From positions 45,756,001-45,820,000 of the forward strand of contig OZ024741.1 of the NCBI GenBank assembly GCA_964016885.1: DNA of 64,000 nucleotides, read 5' to 3'. Position numbers and translations under genes: made by a program. Origin of the DNA: Eledone cirrhosa. Lineage: Eukaryota. How positions within the stretch are numbered: position 1 is the stretch's first letter; the number at the start of each line of letters is the position of its first letter. Positions 1-13,983 of the stretch are shown here, in pieces. The notes under the pieces are model-generated. The model was not told where the DNA came from. It searched no databases and saw only the letters and a program-made list of their open reading frames with translations.

Positions 1-75
1 CTATGGTTCACTCTTTGATATAATGTCGGTATAACATCTGCCGGAACAAAGGTTTTACGAATAGTAATAATAGTA

Positions 76-259
76 ATTGTTTCTACTTCAGGCACAAGGC
101 CAGCAAATACCCAGTACATTACTGGTACTTTATTTTATCGACCCCCGTAAGGATGAAAGGCAAAGTTAAACTCGGCGGGATTTGAACTCAAAATGGAAAG
201 GGCCGTAACTCTATGCGTCAAAGCATAGCTTCCGTCCTTCTACCGATACTGCCAATCCA
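76..259 (-). mobile_element. tRNA-derived SINE, family A
   Basis: Reverse complement of the 502-692 copy: TGGCAGTATCGGTAGA A-box-like head, GAGTTCAAATCCCGCCGAG B-box, core TTTGCCTTTCATCCTTACGGGG. Confidence 0.8.
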
Positions 260-269
260 AATAATAATG

Positions 270-468
270 ATTTCTAGTATAGGCACAAGGCCAGTAATTT
301 TGGGGAGGGAAAGTCGATTAAATCGATCTCAGTACATTATTGGTTCTATATTTTATCGACCCCGTAAGGCAATGCTAACATCGGCGGGATTTGAAAACAG
401 AATTTAAAGAGACGTAACTATGCCGCGAAGTAGGGTGTCCGATGCCCTACCGATTCTGCCAGTCCACC
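270..468 (-). mobile_element. tRNA-derived SINE, family A (diverged)
   Basis: ggcacaaggccag...ttttatcgaccccgtaagg...cggcgggatttgaa...accgattctgccagtcca. Confidence 0.7.
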
Positions 469-501
469 AATAATAATAATTATCATTATTATCAATTTAA
501 G

Positions 502-692
502 GGCGGTGGATTGGCAGTATCGGTAGAGAGTCGGACACCATCCTTTGAAGCATAGAATTACGTCCCTTTATGATCTGAGTTCAAATCCCGCCGAGGTTAA
601 CTTTGCCTTTCATCCTTACGGGGTTGATAAAATAAAATACCAGTAATGTACTGGATAATTGCTGGCCTTGTGCCTAAAATAGAAACAATTAT
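502..692 (+). mobile_element. tRNA-derived SINE, family A
   Basis: ggcggtggattggcagtatcggtagag (A box), gagttcaaatcccgccgagg (B box), central domain ctttgcctttcatccttacgggg, 3' gctggccttgtgcctaaa and ATT tail; about 9 copies in the window. Confidence 0.85.
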
Positions 693-1889
693 TATCAATT
701 TAAAAACCTTTAAAGACATTTACTGTTGTTTGTGCCCTTATGGCATCATTTGTATGACATTTGATTGTAAAATCTATGTATAATCAGAAGCCAGGCTGAG
801 ACACAGCATGGTTTGTGACTCGGCAGAATTCAAAGAAAATTTGAAATAACAATAATAACGATAATAATATTTCTTAAATTAAGCACAATATTGGCAATTG
901 AACAGCAGTCTGATAGATAAAAACGTTGCAGTGGTACCAGATTCATCGACTCCGAAATGCTAAAACTCCGCAGGAATTTGATCACGTAAGGGGGAATAAT
1001 AGTGGACGAAACACCTGCCTGTAAACTATTCCCCGGCTCTCCACCGAGCGTTACGTCAATCAACTTTTTGATTATTATGATAACAATAATAAAACCTTAT
1101 CGAGTAAAATATCCCGAAGAAAAATTTATTGGCATGAAAGCAATAGTGTTCATTGTTCAATTATTGAATACCAATGAAGCAAATAATTAAAGTTGAGATT
1201 ATCAGAATGTAAGCTATATGAATATCGAATCTCGAGCATCATTGATACAATAATATTGTTATTAGTTAGTAAATAATGAAGAGATAGAAAATAGATCGAT
1301 AAATGGGTAAATTACAAGAAAGAGAAATAGGGAGCTGTGAGAAATTGAAAGAATTTTTCGGAGATAGTGTTTCTGTATTTCTTACTTCTTTTTTGGTGAG
1401 TGGGTGTGTTTTTATAGAGAACGGCGAAAAACAGAGGTTTGTTGAGTGAAAAGGAGAGGAAGAAAGAGAGTGAAGTAGAAAACAGAAAAGACAAAAGAGA
1501 GATACAGAGAAAAGTGTAGATATCCAATATAATTTAAATGTTATCTAATTGAAGATTTGATTGCATTATTCTCATGTTCTAATTCTATTTATTTAAACTG
1601 AGAATTCGATTAATTAACTGCCGCACAATATACTCTCAAGCATTAAATTTCCCAAGAAAAGCTGTCGATAAATTGTTGTATATTTCTGTGAGTGTTTATT
1701 GAACACATTCTCAAATAACTGAAGCAGAGATGGAAACGTAAAACAATACGTTTTCTAGCATCTCAAATACGTTACTATTTATTCAATGATAAGATGATTA
1801 TTCGTCCATCAGTGTATGGGTCAGAAATTAAGAGAGAATATGATCAACATATATTACCAATTATACAATTGCTCCAAAAATAACAAGGG

Positions 1890-2050
1890 TATCATCATCA
1901 TCATCATGGTCAACATCATCATCATCATCATCATCATAATCATCATCATCACCGTCATCGTTATCATCAACATCACCATCATCATCATCATCATCGTCAT
2001 CATGATGATGATCATGATCATCATCATCATCAACATCATTATCATCATGG

Positions 2051-2080
<30 letters not shown>
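1890..2080. repeat. (ATC)n microsatellite
   Basis: Imperfect CAT/ATC trinucleotide array; explains the poly-I/M/D ORFs. Confidence 0.95.
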
Positions 2081-2081
<1 letters not shown>

Positions 2082-2559
2082 ATGTCATCTGCTTTCAGCG
2101 TTTAGTATAGTATGGGTCGCTCTAATGCTATATGTAGTTTATTACAGGATGGTGTATGACTTTAATTGAGGATACCAAACCCTACAATATGCACTAGATT
2201 GGTTGTAGATTACATATTTGTTTACCTTAGCAGCATATAGTCGAGACATAGTTTTCTAGATCCAGAAATACATCTAGGGACTCAAAAACCTTCTGTAGCC
2301 CTACGACACCCCCCCCACCCCCCCACCCCCCACCACCACCACCACCACCCATAACGTATGGGTTGATTGTGGCATAATAAACATGACGAGGATTTGGGTT
2401 TATAAAGTTTACATACTAAATGCTCTTTTGTACCTTTCCGAAACTTGGTCAGTACACTGTAAACAATAATGTTTGAGACATACACAACATTAAGTGGCAA
2501 AATACTACACTTCATACACAAATCTCTATAAACGTCGGATGAGCAAGCATTGAATCTCT

Positions 2560-2930
2560 CATTATAGTATTTCAAATGCGTTGAGGATTATAGACTCCCA
2601 AAGAAGTTATTTTGTAGTCAGAAAAATCCTCACCCCTGCAAGTGACCGTGTACAGCTTTTTAAATCTGGGTGTGTCACTCATTTAAAGTCACATGAAAGA
2701 TCAACTGCACACAATACTTCCACTGAAAGACCGGGGGAGACAACCTGTGGTGTGCAGAAAAATCTGAAAATCGATTTCTGGTCTCAAATGGCACGTAAGA
2801 GTACATAAGGCTCACATCCTCAAACCGAATGACCTAACCAATCCAATGGAGGGCATATCTTTTGTCTGTCATCTTTGCTGCAGAGCATGCAACTTCACAT
2901 CTGAGAAGGCACAAACAGATGGGTGTGGGT
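2560..2930 (+). pseudogene. Degenerate 3' remnant of an RTE LINE (C2H2 finger tail)
   Basis: LFKSGCVTHLKSHER and frameshifted SISGLKWHVRVH / FVCHLCCRAC resemble the zinc-finger tail of the RTE at 32650-36505. Confidence 0.45.
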
Positions 2931-4499
2931 TATGATGGTGATGAGGTTACACAAGAAGACTGCAATAATATGCGAAGAAGGAACAGCCAACATAAATCTA
3001 GGATATATTGTGGAAAAATAGAATCATGAGGAATTCTGTTCCATTGCTGTCTCCAAAATTTGATATGTTACTGCAACATTTTATTTTATAGAGAGATTAC
3101 ACTTCTCTACAAAACGGTTGTATGTATTAAACGAATCTTGATAAACTTACCGGAGATTTCGTCGCACGTTTCTAACACACTAACCTCCATTGATGACACC
3201 CACTGGTCAGATGTTATATGAAATGACAAGTTAGTAGTATCACCCCAAAACTCCTGCAAGCTATCAAGCATATTTTATAGCTATTTAATCTGTGTCTCTG
3301 ATACATGACAGGCCCACGATACCGCCGAATGGATTTGTTCTTAGTGTCAAATGATTGGCAGCTATATTTTTATAAAATATAGATAGCCTCACTTCTAATA
3401 CGGTTATCAGTGTCATAACTCATGCTGTAAGAATATCTCAGTGATGTTTAAATCCCTGGTTTTAACGAATTACATTGGCTATATTCATGCTATAAGCACG
3501 ATCACAATCGTACCTAATTCAATATTAATATAAAGCAGATTAATTCTAAACATTGAGAAGAACGATAGAGATGGAATTAAGGGTTCTGAAATGGGATTGG
3601 ATTTTCTTTGAAATTTGTTTATCAAGCACAATTAACAAAGCTAACATACGTAGGGATACTTTAGATCATTACTATACGGACTACCTACTAGATGTCGCCT
3701 TACGTGTTGAGTAACTTTGAATTTATATAGCTAATGTTATTGAAGTCAATTAAGGTTGATGGTGTGCTTATAGTACATAATATTGCACTTAAAACTACAT
3801 CTAACTCCTCTGTAATCAATATGATCAAGAATATAGTTTCATCTTTCACACATTCCTATTTCAGCTAATAAGGAGTCCAGTACGGATAATACACTAACGA
3901 TACAATTCAAACCAATTTGAGTTATGATATAGTTAAAGGGAGGGATGATTGTATCCATCTCTCTATATATTGGATATTGAAGTATTAGTTAATTATATAC
4001 TGCTTCCATTGCAATAAATATGTTATGAGAATATTAGGAATTACTTCATCAAAGCTGTCAATGATTGATGTATTCATTGGAGAATCTAGAGAAGCCTGGT
4101 TAAGATCTAAGAGCATAAATTAATGATTACAAAATAAATAATTTCAGAATCAATAGATGAATAAATGGCGAGGTGGTTATAATAAATTTTGATGTTGAAA
4201 TTCTTCTTTGGGTGATTAACAATGACTTACCTTAACCAACAAAGATTAAACCTAAGCATCAAAATCGCCTTGTGAACTCTTATATTCATGCTGATATGTT
4301 ATCCACGAGAGGATTCAACATCAGAGTGTAAAACTAAGTAAAAAGCTATGGTATATGATTTGTATTCTATTTCATTCAAGCTCTAATTCTGCAACGTTCC
4401 TCATAATATTTATTGTTGTCATTTTATCGACCCCTTTCATGCTAATTCTTTTGTGAAACAAATAATAGAATAACTGTCACGAATATATATATATATGTG

Positions 4500-4865
4500 T
4501 AAATTAATCGATAAAATGCCTTGGGCGTACCGCAGATCGCTTTTGATGTCCTCTATTGAGCGCTGAAACATCAATGATCTACGGTTTACAGCTGATGAAG
4601 GATTTCGTCTCTTGCTTCGTCCATATTAACTATCCTAAATTTTGTTTACAGTAACCACACAGCTCACTTCGTGTCATGTAATGTTGTATATATATACATA
4701 TTTCCACTCCACCCGTCCCTTCAATCTATCTAATTTATCATTCTTTCTTCTGATGAAGGACTAGCGTCCGAAACGATAAGACACTCTTCCTGTTATTTCA
4801 AGCGTTAACCTAATATATTCCTTCCATATACTGTAGTGATTGTGTTGTTATTTCTGTTTACCTTT

Positions 4866-4870
<5 letters not shown>
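4500..4870 (+). mobile_element. Solo PLE pseudo-LTR with degenerate HHR (4746-4781)
   Basis: TCTT-CTGATGA-AGGAC-TAGC-GTCC-GAAAC-GAT-AAGA; similar to the inverted segment at 40400-40470 next to a PLE; flanked by TA/CA repeats. Confidence 0.6.
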
Positions 4871-4915
<45 letters not shown>

Positions 4916-4919
4916 AATG

Positions 4920-7900
4920 AAAGAATAGAAATTGTTGTGAGCATGAAGCCAACAGTACTTCATAATATATAAGTGACTATAACGTCAAAATGGAAAAATA
5001 ATTAACGTAAGATGTGGGAAAATAATTCAAACTCAATAAATATATAATTCCTTGCTGGAATTAACACGTGACAGCTATAGATACGATACGCTGCATCTAG
5101 CGGCAACATTTAGCCTATCACCCCGTCCTGGGTAGAACGAAAATCTGTTGAAGAACTGAATCCTCTGTTCGATTATGAATACCACGAGCTTGCCAGTCAC
5201 GTAAGTCTGATATTTGATTTCGGATTCAAAGAAACACTTTAAACGTATAATCGTTTGATTTGTCCAGGTGTATTTTTCTCAACCTGCTAGTTCTATCGTT
5301 ACTTTGGTATATTATTGTGTGTTAGATTTTGCCTACCACAATGTTCGATTTGTCAAGCTATTTAAACGTATGTTATTACTCTAAGGACCTACCTTATCGA
5401 CTTCTTTGCTAACTCATCATTTCATATAAGTAGGCCGAATTTGCTTGCAAACCGCCAGAGATTCGATTTTACTAAATTTCCAATTATTACAGTGGTAATA
5501 ATGGAAATAGTACATGTAGCAACATCAATGATAGACACAACAAAAACAAGAAACATAATGAAAGTAACAACCACAATGGTAGAAATAACAGTAACAACAA
5601 CAACTATAACGGTGAAGTAAACAACAATACATCTAGCAATCATAACAATAATAGTAATGCTAATGATAGAAACAACAACAACCACCCTGATAACAATAAT
5701 AGCAACACACACAACTATGACGATAGATATAATGACAACCCCTTAGAGAAACTATTTTTCAACCCAGCTGACAAAACATATAAGATGGGTAATATATATC
5801 CTACGAGGTTACCCTTTAATAAAAGAGTTTGCATACCACAACAAATAGATGACGAGACAGAGGCACAGTTCACCATAGCTAGAAATAAGATTAGTCAAAT
5901 AGTAGACAGGTATACTAAGAGACAGAGCAGACCAGAGGCCCAACAACTTGGGAGGAAACCTGTAGAAGGCTTGGTTAGCCTCAAGCAGCGCACAAGGGAT
6001 GGTGAGGTAGTGTGTCTACCCACGGATAAGTCTGGTAGGATGTCAATAGATAGCATGCCGAACTACATCGAGGCTATGCAACCCCACATCACCAACACGA
6101 GTGAAATTGCACAACAAACACACGATGGGAGAGAAAAAATCCTCAACGCTCACATGATGATGTGGACTGACATCCTAAAGCCAAGCAGACGCACTGCCAA
6201 CAACTTCCAGGCGTCTAACAATGGCATACCACCCTTGTATGGGCTCCGCAAAGACCACAAGACAGTCGACGACCCGACAACAGGACCACCAACAAGACCC
6301 GTATGCGGAGCTAATATAGCTAGCAACTACAGGATCTCCTACTTCCTCTCAATGGTTATACGCCCCATAATCAAGATGTCCCCAGATGTATGTGACAGTA
6401 CAGAGGACCTCCTCAGCAGAATCAGTGAGTGCAACAAAAACAGGAGCCTATCCAACTGCATAATAGGCAGCATGGATGAGGTGTCACTGTACCCATCCAT
6501 TAACATTGATTTTGCTGTGAAAAGATGTGTGGAGATGATCATTGAGAGTGAGGTGGAGTTCTGCGACGTCGACACAGACGAACTGGGCCTCCTACTTAGA
6601 CTTACCTACGACACTGACTACCTAGACAGCCATGACCTTAGATGTTTCTGCCCTAGTAGACCTATAAGAGGTAGACCCCCACCATAACCTCAATGGCAAA
6701 AAAGACCCCCATGGGAAGGTGGATTGGGTGGACCAAAGCTATACGGACCCCCAAAACAATGATCAGGTAAGAAAACTGGTCGCACATGCAATAGGGGCTA
6801 GTATCAAAACTACCCTAAAGGGCCACATTTTGTAAGTTCAATGAGAAAATCTACACCCAAAATGAGGGAGCAGCCATCGGCGTCAGCTTAGCTGGTGATG
6901 TTGCCAACCTTTTAATGGTATAGTGGGAAAGGAGACTTAAAGATCTCCTTAATGAAAGCTCCATAGACCTCATCATGTACTCTCGTTATGTAGACGATAT
7001 CAATATAGTTATAAGAACACCTCCACTAGAGAGCACTAACAAGTTTGATTTAGAACGTAGCACGATGGAAAGCATCCAGCAGATAGCTAATTCCATACAC
7101 CAGAGTATAACTGTAACTATCGACTTCCCTTCCAAACACCCTAACAATAGACTACCTGTATTAGACACAGAACTCTGGATTAACACTATAGACGAGAGAG
7201 CCCAAATTCTCCACTCACACTATGCTAAACCCATGGCCTCCAAATACCTGATACTCAAAAACTCAGCAATGTCCAGTAGTGCTAAGTTTAATATTCTGAT
7301 CGCAGATTTGGTACGAGTGATGAAGAATGTGTCCCGCATGTGCGACCCAACAGAAATGGAAAGACACATCCAATACTTCATCAACCGCATGCAGTTCTCT
7401 GGCTACAACCAAAGAGACAGAGTCAGAGTATACGAAGGAGCCATGGAAAAGTATAAGACCCTCATAGAACGGGACATGAAAGGAATTTGCCCATTATACA
7501 GGAGCAAATTATGGAATAGCTTAGATAGGGCTAGACATAAGATAGGGAAAGCCACCTCATGGTACGACAACCAGAGATACCAGAGTGTCATGTTTGTGGA
7601 CGCCACCCCTGGAGGGAAATTAACTAACCAGTGTAGAAAGGCCCTGAGAAAGACCCACTTAAAAATAAAGGTGGTAGAAGAGCCAGGAACCACCATAAAA
7701 TCCCTGATCAGCAAAACCTACCCTTTTAAGAAAACCCACTGTACCAATAGGAAATGTATCATATGTAAGGTGAACCCCCGGATAAACTGTAAAACTAGAA
7801 ACGTAGTCTATAGCATAAGATGTACAGAGGGTACTTGCAGAAACATGACAACAACATACATAGGTGAGACAGCTCGTAGCATAGGTGAAAGGATAGACCA

Positions 7901-8633
7901 ACACTCGGGGGAACTAAAAGGACGAAAAAACGGGTGAGTACTATACGAACATGCTAGACAACAACATGACGGTAACATAGACAACATAGAAATTAGAATA
8001 ATATCTAAACATAGAAATGACCCAGCAGATAGGCAAATCAGAGAGGCCAGTGAAATAGAAATTAGAAGACCAAAGCTAAACAGAAAGAATGAATGGAATA
8101 ACAACAACAGCCAAACAAAATACACTGACCTAAGAGAAGTATAAATAAGTAAATAAAATAAGATAAATAAATAAATAAATAAATACATACACAAGCACAA
8201 TAACAACAAGCACATAAACACACACTAGTCACCCATCACACAACAAACATAACACTATACACACACACAAACGCATGCGCAAAGAAAACAAAATAAAATA
8301 AAATAAACAAACAAGCAAATAAATAAATAAATATATAGATAGACTGAATAAAAATGGCGTAGACATACAACACAACAGGAGGAAAATATAACACCACTGA
8401 CGATGTTGCAGATGTGCAACGAAAGATTTATGATAAACTATATATATGCGTTTGTGTCTATATTGTATCTGTATTTTTTTTTTTGACCGTCGGTCAGTCA
8501 ATGGCAACATTGAGGACCGAGTAAGTTAGATTACCGATATAAAAGACAGCGAGAAGCGAAAACCAACCAAACAGTGAGTGTGTTCTGTTATTAATTCTGG
8601 CAATATTACACAAATATGACCCTCCCCAAGTAT

Positions 8634-8640
<7 letters not shown>
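4920..8640 (+). mobile_element. Penelope-like retroelement, Neptune-like, disrupted by frameshifts and stops
   Basis: ORF pieces 5785-6687 and 6975-7937: PTDKSG, PPLYGLRKDHK, RPV, GSMDEVSLYPSI, GAAIGVSLAG, RYVDD, Cys-rich linker CTNRKCIIC, GIY-YIG VVYSIRC...YIGETARS; 3' pLTR with HHR ends in (TA)n; 5' boundary approximate. Confidence 0.9.
8393..8434 (+). ncRNA. Type I hammerhead ribozyme (weak stems I and III)
   Basis: ACCA-CTGACGA-T-GTTGCA-gatg-TGCAAC-GAAA-GATTTA-TGAT. Confidence 0.6.
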
Positions 8641-8682
<42 letters not shown>

Positions 8683-8819
8683 ACGAAAGAGGGGGAGAGA
8701 GGCGTGTGGATGGATAGATGGGTGTTTGTTTCCCATATTCAGCTAAAATATTTGCTACGTAAGCGTAGTGGAATAGCTTCAAATAAAATGTGCTATTCCA
8801 TTCAGAAATCGTTTTAACG

Positions 8820-8925
8820 TCGTGATGTTAACTTTGCGTTTCATCCTTACGGGGTCGATAAAATAAAGTACCAGTAATGCACTGGGTAATTGCTGGCCTT
8901 GTGCCTAAAGTAGAAACAATTATTA
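8820..8925 (+). mobile_element. SINE family A, 5'-truncated
   Basis: gttaactttgcgtttcatccttacggggtcgataaaataaagtaccag...gctggccttgtgcctaaag. Confidence 0.75.
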
Positions 8926-10999
8926 CTGTTTTACGGTTTAGCCGTCAGTAGAGAACAAACTGATGATACGGAAGTAAGTTACATTTGAAACTAAACAAGA
9001 AAATGGTAACTATAATCATATATGGTTTATCATAGAATACGAAATATGCATTCTTGTATATTATACATGAAGTCCAATGTAAAATGTTACGTATATCTCT
9101 TATAACAACTTCAAGGAATACATTTTTGAATATACCCAATACAATTTGAAGTTAACACCAGAGGTAATTTCTTAAGAATGTTAGTATTTCATTCTGTCAC
9201 CTTGTTATACCTGTTATTTCACTTCACTGAAATTAACGCAATTATGTGTTTCACTAAAATAAAGATATCTGCTTTTTCCTATGTTGTATTAGTTTTCCGT
9301 CCAAATCAAAACATTGTATGTGACATATATTCCGTTACGCATTTGTTAAAATAGAATCAGAAGAATATAACTGTATATAAATGTATAACTTGATTTTTCT
9401 GCTATATAATTCCCCAAGTATATCACAGTTAAATGTGATCTAGTAGTTGGTAACACTACAGTTATCGTGATGTACATATACTCAACCCAGTCAGCAACCT
9501 TCTAATTTAGATAAATGTTCCCACTTACACACACCAACCTCTCATTATGAGATATGATATCTCCTTCACAAGACCTTACTGTCGCAGGATCAGCGGTTTC
9601 TGTTTATAAGAAATAGGTATTATTTTGCCGTTCTCTTCTATTGTCCACACATTGCGTCTACCCTCAATATCTAGGCCTGCAATAGCAACTAGATCTAATC
9701 CTTCCGCCCCAGAACGTTAGCACTCTTTCAATACATTTAAGCTCATGTTTTTCTTACAACAATTAACATATTCAATAGCAATGTTATTTTCAATTAAAAT
9801 GTTCAATAGGAATATTACTCTTGTCAATCTCATCACGAGAGCGGTGAAAGGGCATTGACGCCACATCTAACAGAGCAAACATATAAAAGTAACAAAGCAA
9901 TTATATAAAACAGTAAACGTCTACATCAGTAAATTAAGTTAAAGTTCATAATAGAACCATTGAAATGAAATACAACTCTAAATCACTACCGAAATCCAGT
10001 ATGTATTTATAGATACAGCTGAATGTTGACACTTGACAGACACCTTTTCATCTAAATAAATTCGTACTTTGCATTACAGATCAATGATGAACGCTGCTTT
10101 AAAGTATTGTGGTAAATGTGTGTTTGTTAAAATGTTTAGCTTTAATCAAGGGAATATTAGGCATAACGATGTTTTTAAATATATCTGACAGATATATTAT
10201 ATTTAAATGATAATGAATGGTTGAGAAAAATATATTGCTATCTGATGAAAATGATGTACATAACTAGTTACAATGTTTATGGAAATTGATATTTTGTCTG
10301 ACAGGAAACAGAGTGCTGTGATATGATATATAGATAATCTGAATAGATATGATGTCAAAACGATGGCTTTTAGGTCAGCCATTTTATCTCTGTAAATGCT
10401 GTAATTCTCTTTACTCATAATATTTAATTGTATGTACTTCGGACGGCTGTCTGCTCATTTGCTCTCATTGCTGCAATAATGTTAAATGTATTTCGTGACA
10501 GAAGTCCCTATGGTTTTTAATGTTTAGTTATTAGGTTCAAAGCGTTACGCTGATATATTCTATATCTTCATCTTGATATAATATAATATGTCTGACATAC
10601 TAGACTATATATAGTTTTAGCAATTCGTATGCAGTTTTCTTTCTGGTGAACAATTCATCACACTGAGGTAGTCATAAAACAATAAAATGTAGTTACAGGG
10701 GAATTAAGAAATTAAAATTAAGTACGAATTTATAGCTTAAAATTAATTTACTATGTATCCATACTACACAGTCCTTCTCACGTGATAGCAAAGGTCACAT
10801 TCAGACCTTAGGTATAAGAGCCTGTTCAAAAATATGTTGCATCGAACGCTATAAGAACTAGCGATAGGCATGCGAACTCTTCTGGGTGGTGTGGGATGTA
10901 TGTCCCAAACTTACGTATCCTGCTATCTCAAAGAGTGTCCGGAAGGGAGTAAATGAAACGTTACAACCTTTACAGGATAGGAACAACAAATGCAGGCGA

Positions 11000-11640
11000 C
11001 ATGGTATTATTTAACAAGTCAGAAGGTGATCAGCGATCACCGTTAAGCCTACTACTGAGTGCTGCACAGCAGGAATGAAGATCAGTGCTCCGAAGACTGA
11101 GACACTCGTCCTCTCAAGGAAGCCTGCGCAGTGCACGTTACATGTGAATGTAGTTCCATTGAAGTTGGTAGAGATGTTCAAATATTTCTAGGCCATGTCC
11201 ACGAGTGATGGAAGATAAGTGGCTGAATTAAGTGCAAGAATTGCAGAAGCTGGTGCAGTAATGTGCAAGCTTCAACGTTCGGTTATCAGAAGAAGGTAGG
11301 TATGTGTAAAAGGCAAACTCGCTATCTTCAAGTCGGTATTGGTGCCAACCCTCAACTAAGGTCTTGAACTTTGGGTAATGACTTAAAAAATATGATCGCG
11401 AATACAAGCAACCGAAATGGCGTTACTCCGAAGGGTTTTGGGAGGAACGTTACTTGATAAAGTGTGTAACTCGGAGATCAGAAAACGCTGCAGGTAGAGC
11501 CGACACCTCCCAATTGAGAGAACAACGGACATGTGATTAATATGTATAAGGAGAGAATCTGCTTCTGATAAGAACCGGTAGATGTTCTTGATGTATCTAC
11601 ACGCATGAACCATCCAGGAATAAGAGGGCGGAGTTATAGA
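11000..11640 (+). pseudogene. Degenerate RTE LINE reverse transcriptase C-terminal fragment
   Basis: ARIAEAGAVMCKLQRSVI...KLAIFKSVLVPTL...IQATEMALLRRVLG.TLLDKVCNSEIR, with stops. Confidence 0.7.
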
Positions 11641-11659
11641 TGAAGCCACACATTATAAA

Positions 11660-11715
<56 letters not shown>

Positions 11716-11717
11716 CA

Positions 11718-12853
11718 ATATATTTAGAAACACACAGATACATGCGGACACACACATATATACACAGTTGGGTGCGGATGCATTCATGTATATATGTGTG
11801 TGTCCGCATGTATCTGTGTGTTTCTAAATATATTGTTAATAACTCCCTCTGGTCGAGCAATCTTTGAAGTGTGGGGACAACTGGAAAGCTTCCATTACTC
11901 ATACTTCTAGCCTTCTTCACCACCTCTTCTGCGGCCTCGATATGAATACCCCCTCCGCCTCCGTGGTATTTTCTTCGTGGTTATAGGAGGCTTAGCTCTG
12001 TTTCTCGACCGTTATATCGCGTGACTATCTCCCCCTCCGCCTTTTGGGATTCTTTCTCACGTCGTGTAGACGCGTTCTTGAGACTAGTAAAATGAGGTAT
12101 CCTCTTGATAAGTCGGCAGACCTCGCAGGGACTCTATATCTTTATGATATATTGTTTTTGTTTATGCCACGAAACTACGTAGTCGAGGAATTTAGGAGCA
12201 GTTTAGGTATGATACATTTTATTACTAATTATATCTAAATGTTTCTTCTCTCTTCATAATGTATTTTTAACTCTGATACTGGTTCAGTCTAGTTCAACTG
12301 AATTGGTCTGTCCCGGTCATTCATTGAGCAACATCGGTGAAGTTGGCACCCTTAACTCACAGTTGGGTGCGGATGCATTCATGTATATATGTGTGTGTCC
12401 GCATGTATCTGTGTGTTTCTAAATATATTGTTAATAACTCCCTCTGGTCGAGCAATCTTTGAAGTGTGGGGACAACTGGAAAGCTTCCATTACTCATACT
12501 TCTAGCCTTCTTCACCACCTCTTCTGCGGCCTCGATATGAATACCCCCTCCGCCTCCGTGGTATTTTCTTCGTGGTTATAGGAGGCTTAGCTCTGTTTCT
12601 CGACCGTTATATCGCGTGACTATCTCCCCCTCCGCCTTTTGGGATTCTTTCTCACGTCGTGTAGACCCGTTCTTGAGACTAGTAAAATGAGGTATCCTCT
12701 TGATAAGTCGGCAGACCTCGCAGGGACTCTATATCTTTATGATATATTGTTTTTGTTTATGCCACGAAACTACGTAGTCGAGGAATTTAGGAGCAGTTTA
12801 GGTATGATACATTTTATTACTAATTATATCTAAATGTTTCTTCTCTCTTCATA

Positions 12854-12856
<3 letters not shown>
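11718..12856 (+). mobile_element. Non-coding PLE-derived element: 5' inverted stub plus about 1.8 tandem copies of a 595-bp unit, each with an HHR-like motif
   Basis: 11764-12358 repeated at 12359-12856; 11718-11763 is inverted relative to 11787-11833; HHR-like motifs at 12100-12189 and 12695-12784; (TA)n on both sides. Confidence 0.75.
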
Positions 12857-12902
<46 letters not shown>

Positions 12903-13009
12903 TGTGTGTGTGTGTGTGTGCATGTGTGTGTGTGTGTGTCAGTGTGTCTGTGTTTGACGGGATAACGTATTGCTTATAAAAGTGAACATTATATTTAAAT
13001 AAGGTTGAA

Positions 13010-13225
13010 GGGCGTTGGACTGGCAGTATCGGTAGAGGGTCGAATGCCATGTTTTTGAACATAGAGTTACGGCCCTTTATGATCTGAGTTCAAATCCCGC
13101 CGAGGTTAACTTTGCCTTTCATCCTTACGGGGTCGATAAAATAAAGTACCAGTCACGTACTGGGGTCGATTTAATCGACTTCACCTCCTCCCAAATTGCT
13201 GGCCTTGTGCCTATATAAGAAACCT
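13010..13225 (+). mobile_element. SINE family A
   Basis: Full A/B boxes and central domain. Confidence 0.85.
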
Positions 13226-13568
13226 ATATTTAGATAAGGTTGGTATTTTCAAATACTATTGATGCCATTCTAATTCTACACGATGCGAATTTCTCGTGAT
13301 TGACATATGAGGAGCAACTTGGTAGTAGCAGACATACGAGCAGCTGTAATTGTTATTTGTATAATAAAACACGTTTGTTATATAAAAGCACCATTGTGCT
13401 GGATTTGCTTTGGGAAATGGTAATCTGATATATTTGAGTGACCAGTGAGAGAATGTCCAGCAGCTTTACATAAAATGTTGTATCAAGGAATTATTAGATT
13501 AAATACATTTACTATAAACCCGGCCTTATTTTAAGGATACTGTGTCAGTATCTCTAAATATACATGTA

Positions 13569-13720
<152 letters not shown>

Positions 13721-13871
13721 ACACGGGTGTGTATGATTGTGTATAGAAGATTATATTAATAAGAGGAATTCCAACTTTGTCTGATTTACTCGTGTTATTT
13801 ACAATCCTTTAAAATTTATAATGGTATTAGAATGAAATAGTATGATAGAATATTAAATGTTAAGTTATAAT

Positions 13872-13910
13872 TGAACAAGTACTTTCATGCTTTCGCAATC
13901 TTCAGGTTCA
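13872..13910 (-). ncRNA. Minimal type I hammerhead ribozyme
   Basis: Minus strand: TGAAC-CTGAAGA-TTGC-GAAA-GCAT-GAAAG-TA-CTT-GTTCA; palindromic stem III (AAGTACTT). Confidence 0.8.
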
Positions 13911-13983
13911 TAATGTGTGGTGACAGTCAAGTTTGCAATTTTCAACTGCTGAAAATTGCAAACTTGACTGTCACCACATATTA

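Noticed and set aside
502-600. tRNA gene
   Set aside because: The A/B boxes belong to SINE heads; no complete cloverleaf
1816-2169. Poly-Ile/Met/Asp ORFs, and the many [12 protein letters not shown] and RERE ORFs elsewhere
   Set aside because: Translations of microsatellites
3500-4150. Faint L1/Tx1-like RT similarity (LYPSLYILDIEVL)
   Set aside because: Too degraded to support without a profile search
7935-7937. In-frame TGA in the PLE endonuclease as possible selenocysteine (reported for some Naiads)
   Set aside because: Not at a conserved Cys position, and the element has other stops and frameshifts; the Naiad-like ORFs here show no TGA at Cys sites
10203-10418. 71-aa non-repetitive ORF
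   Set aside because: No recognisable motif; compatible with chance
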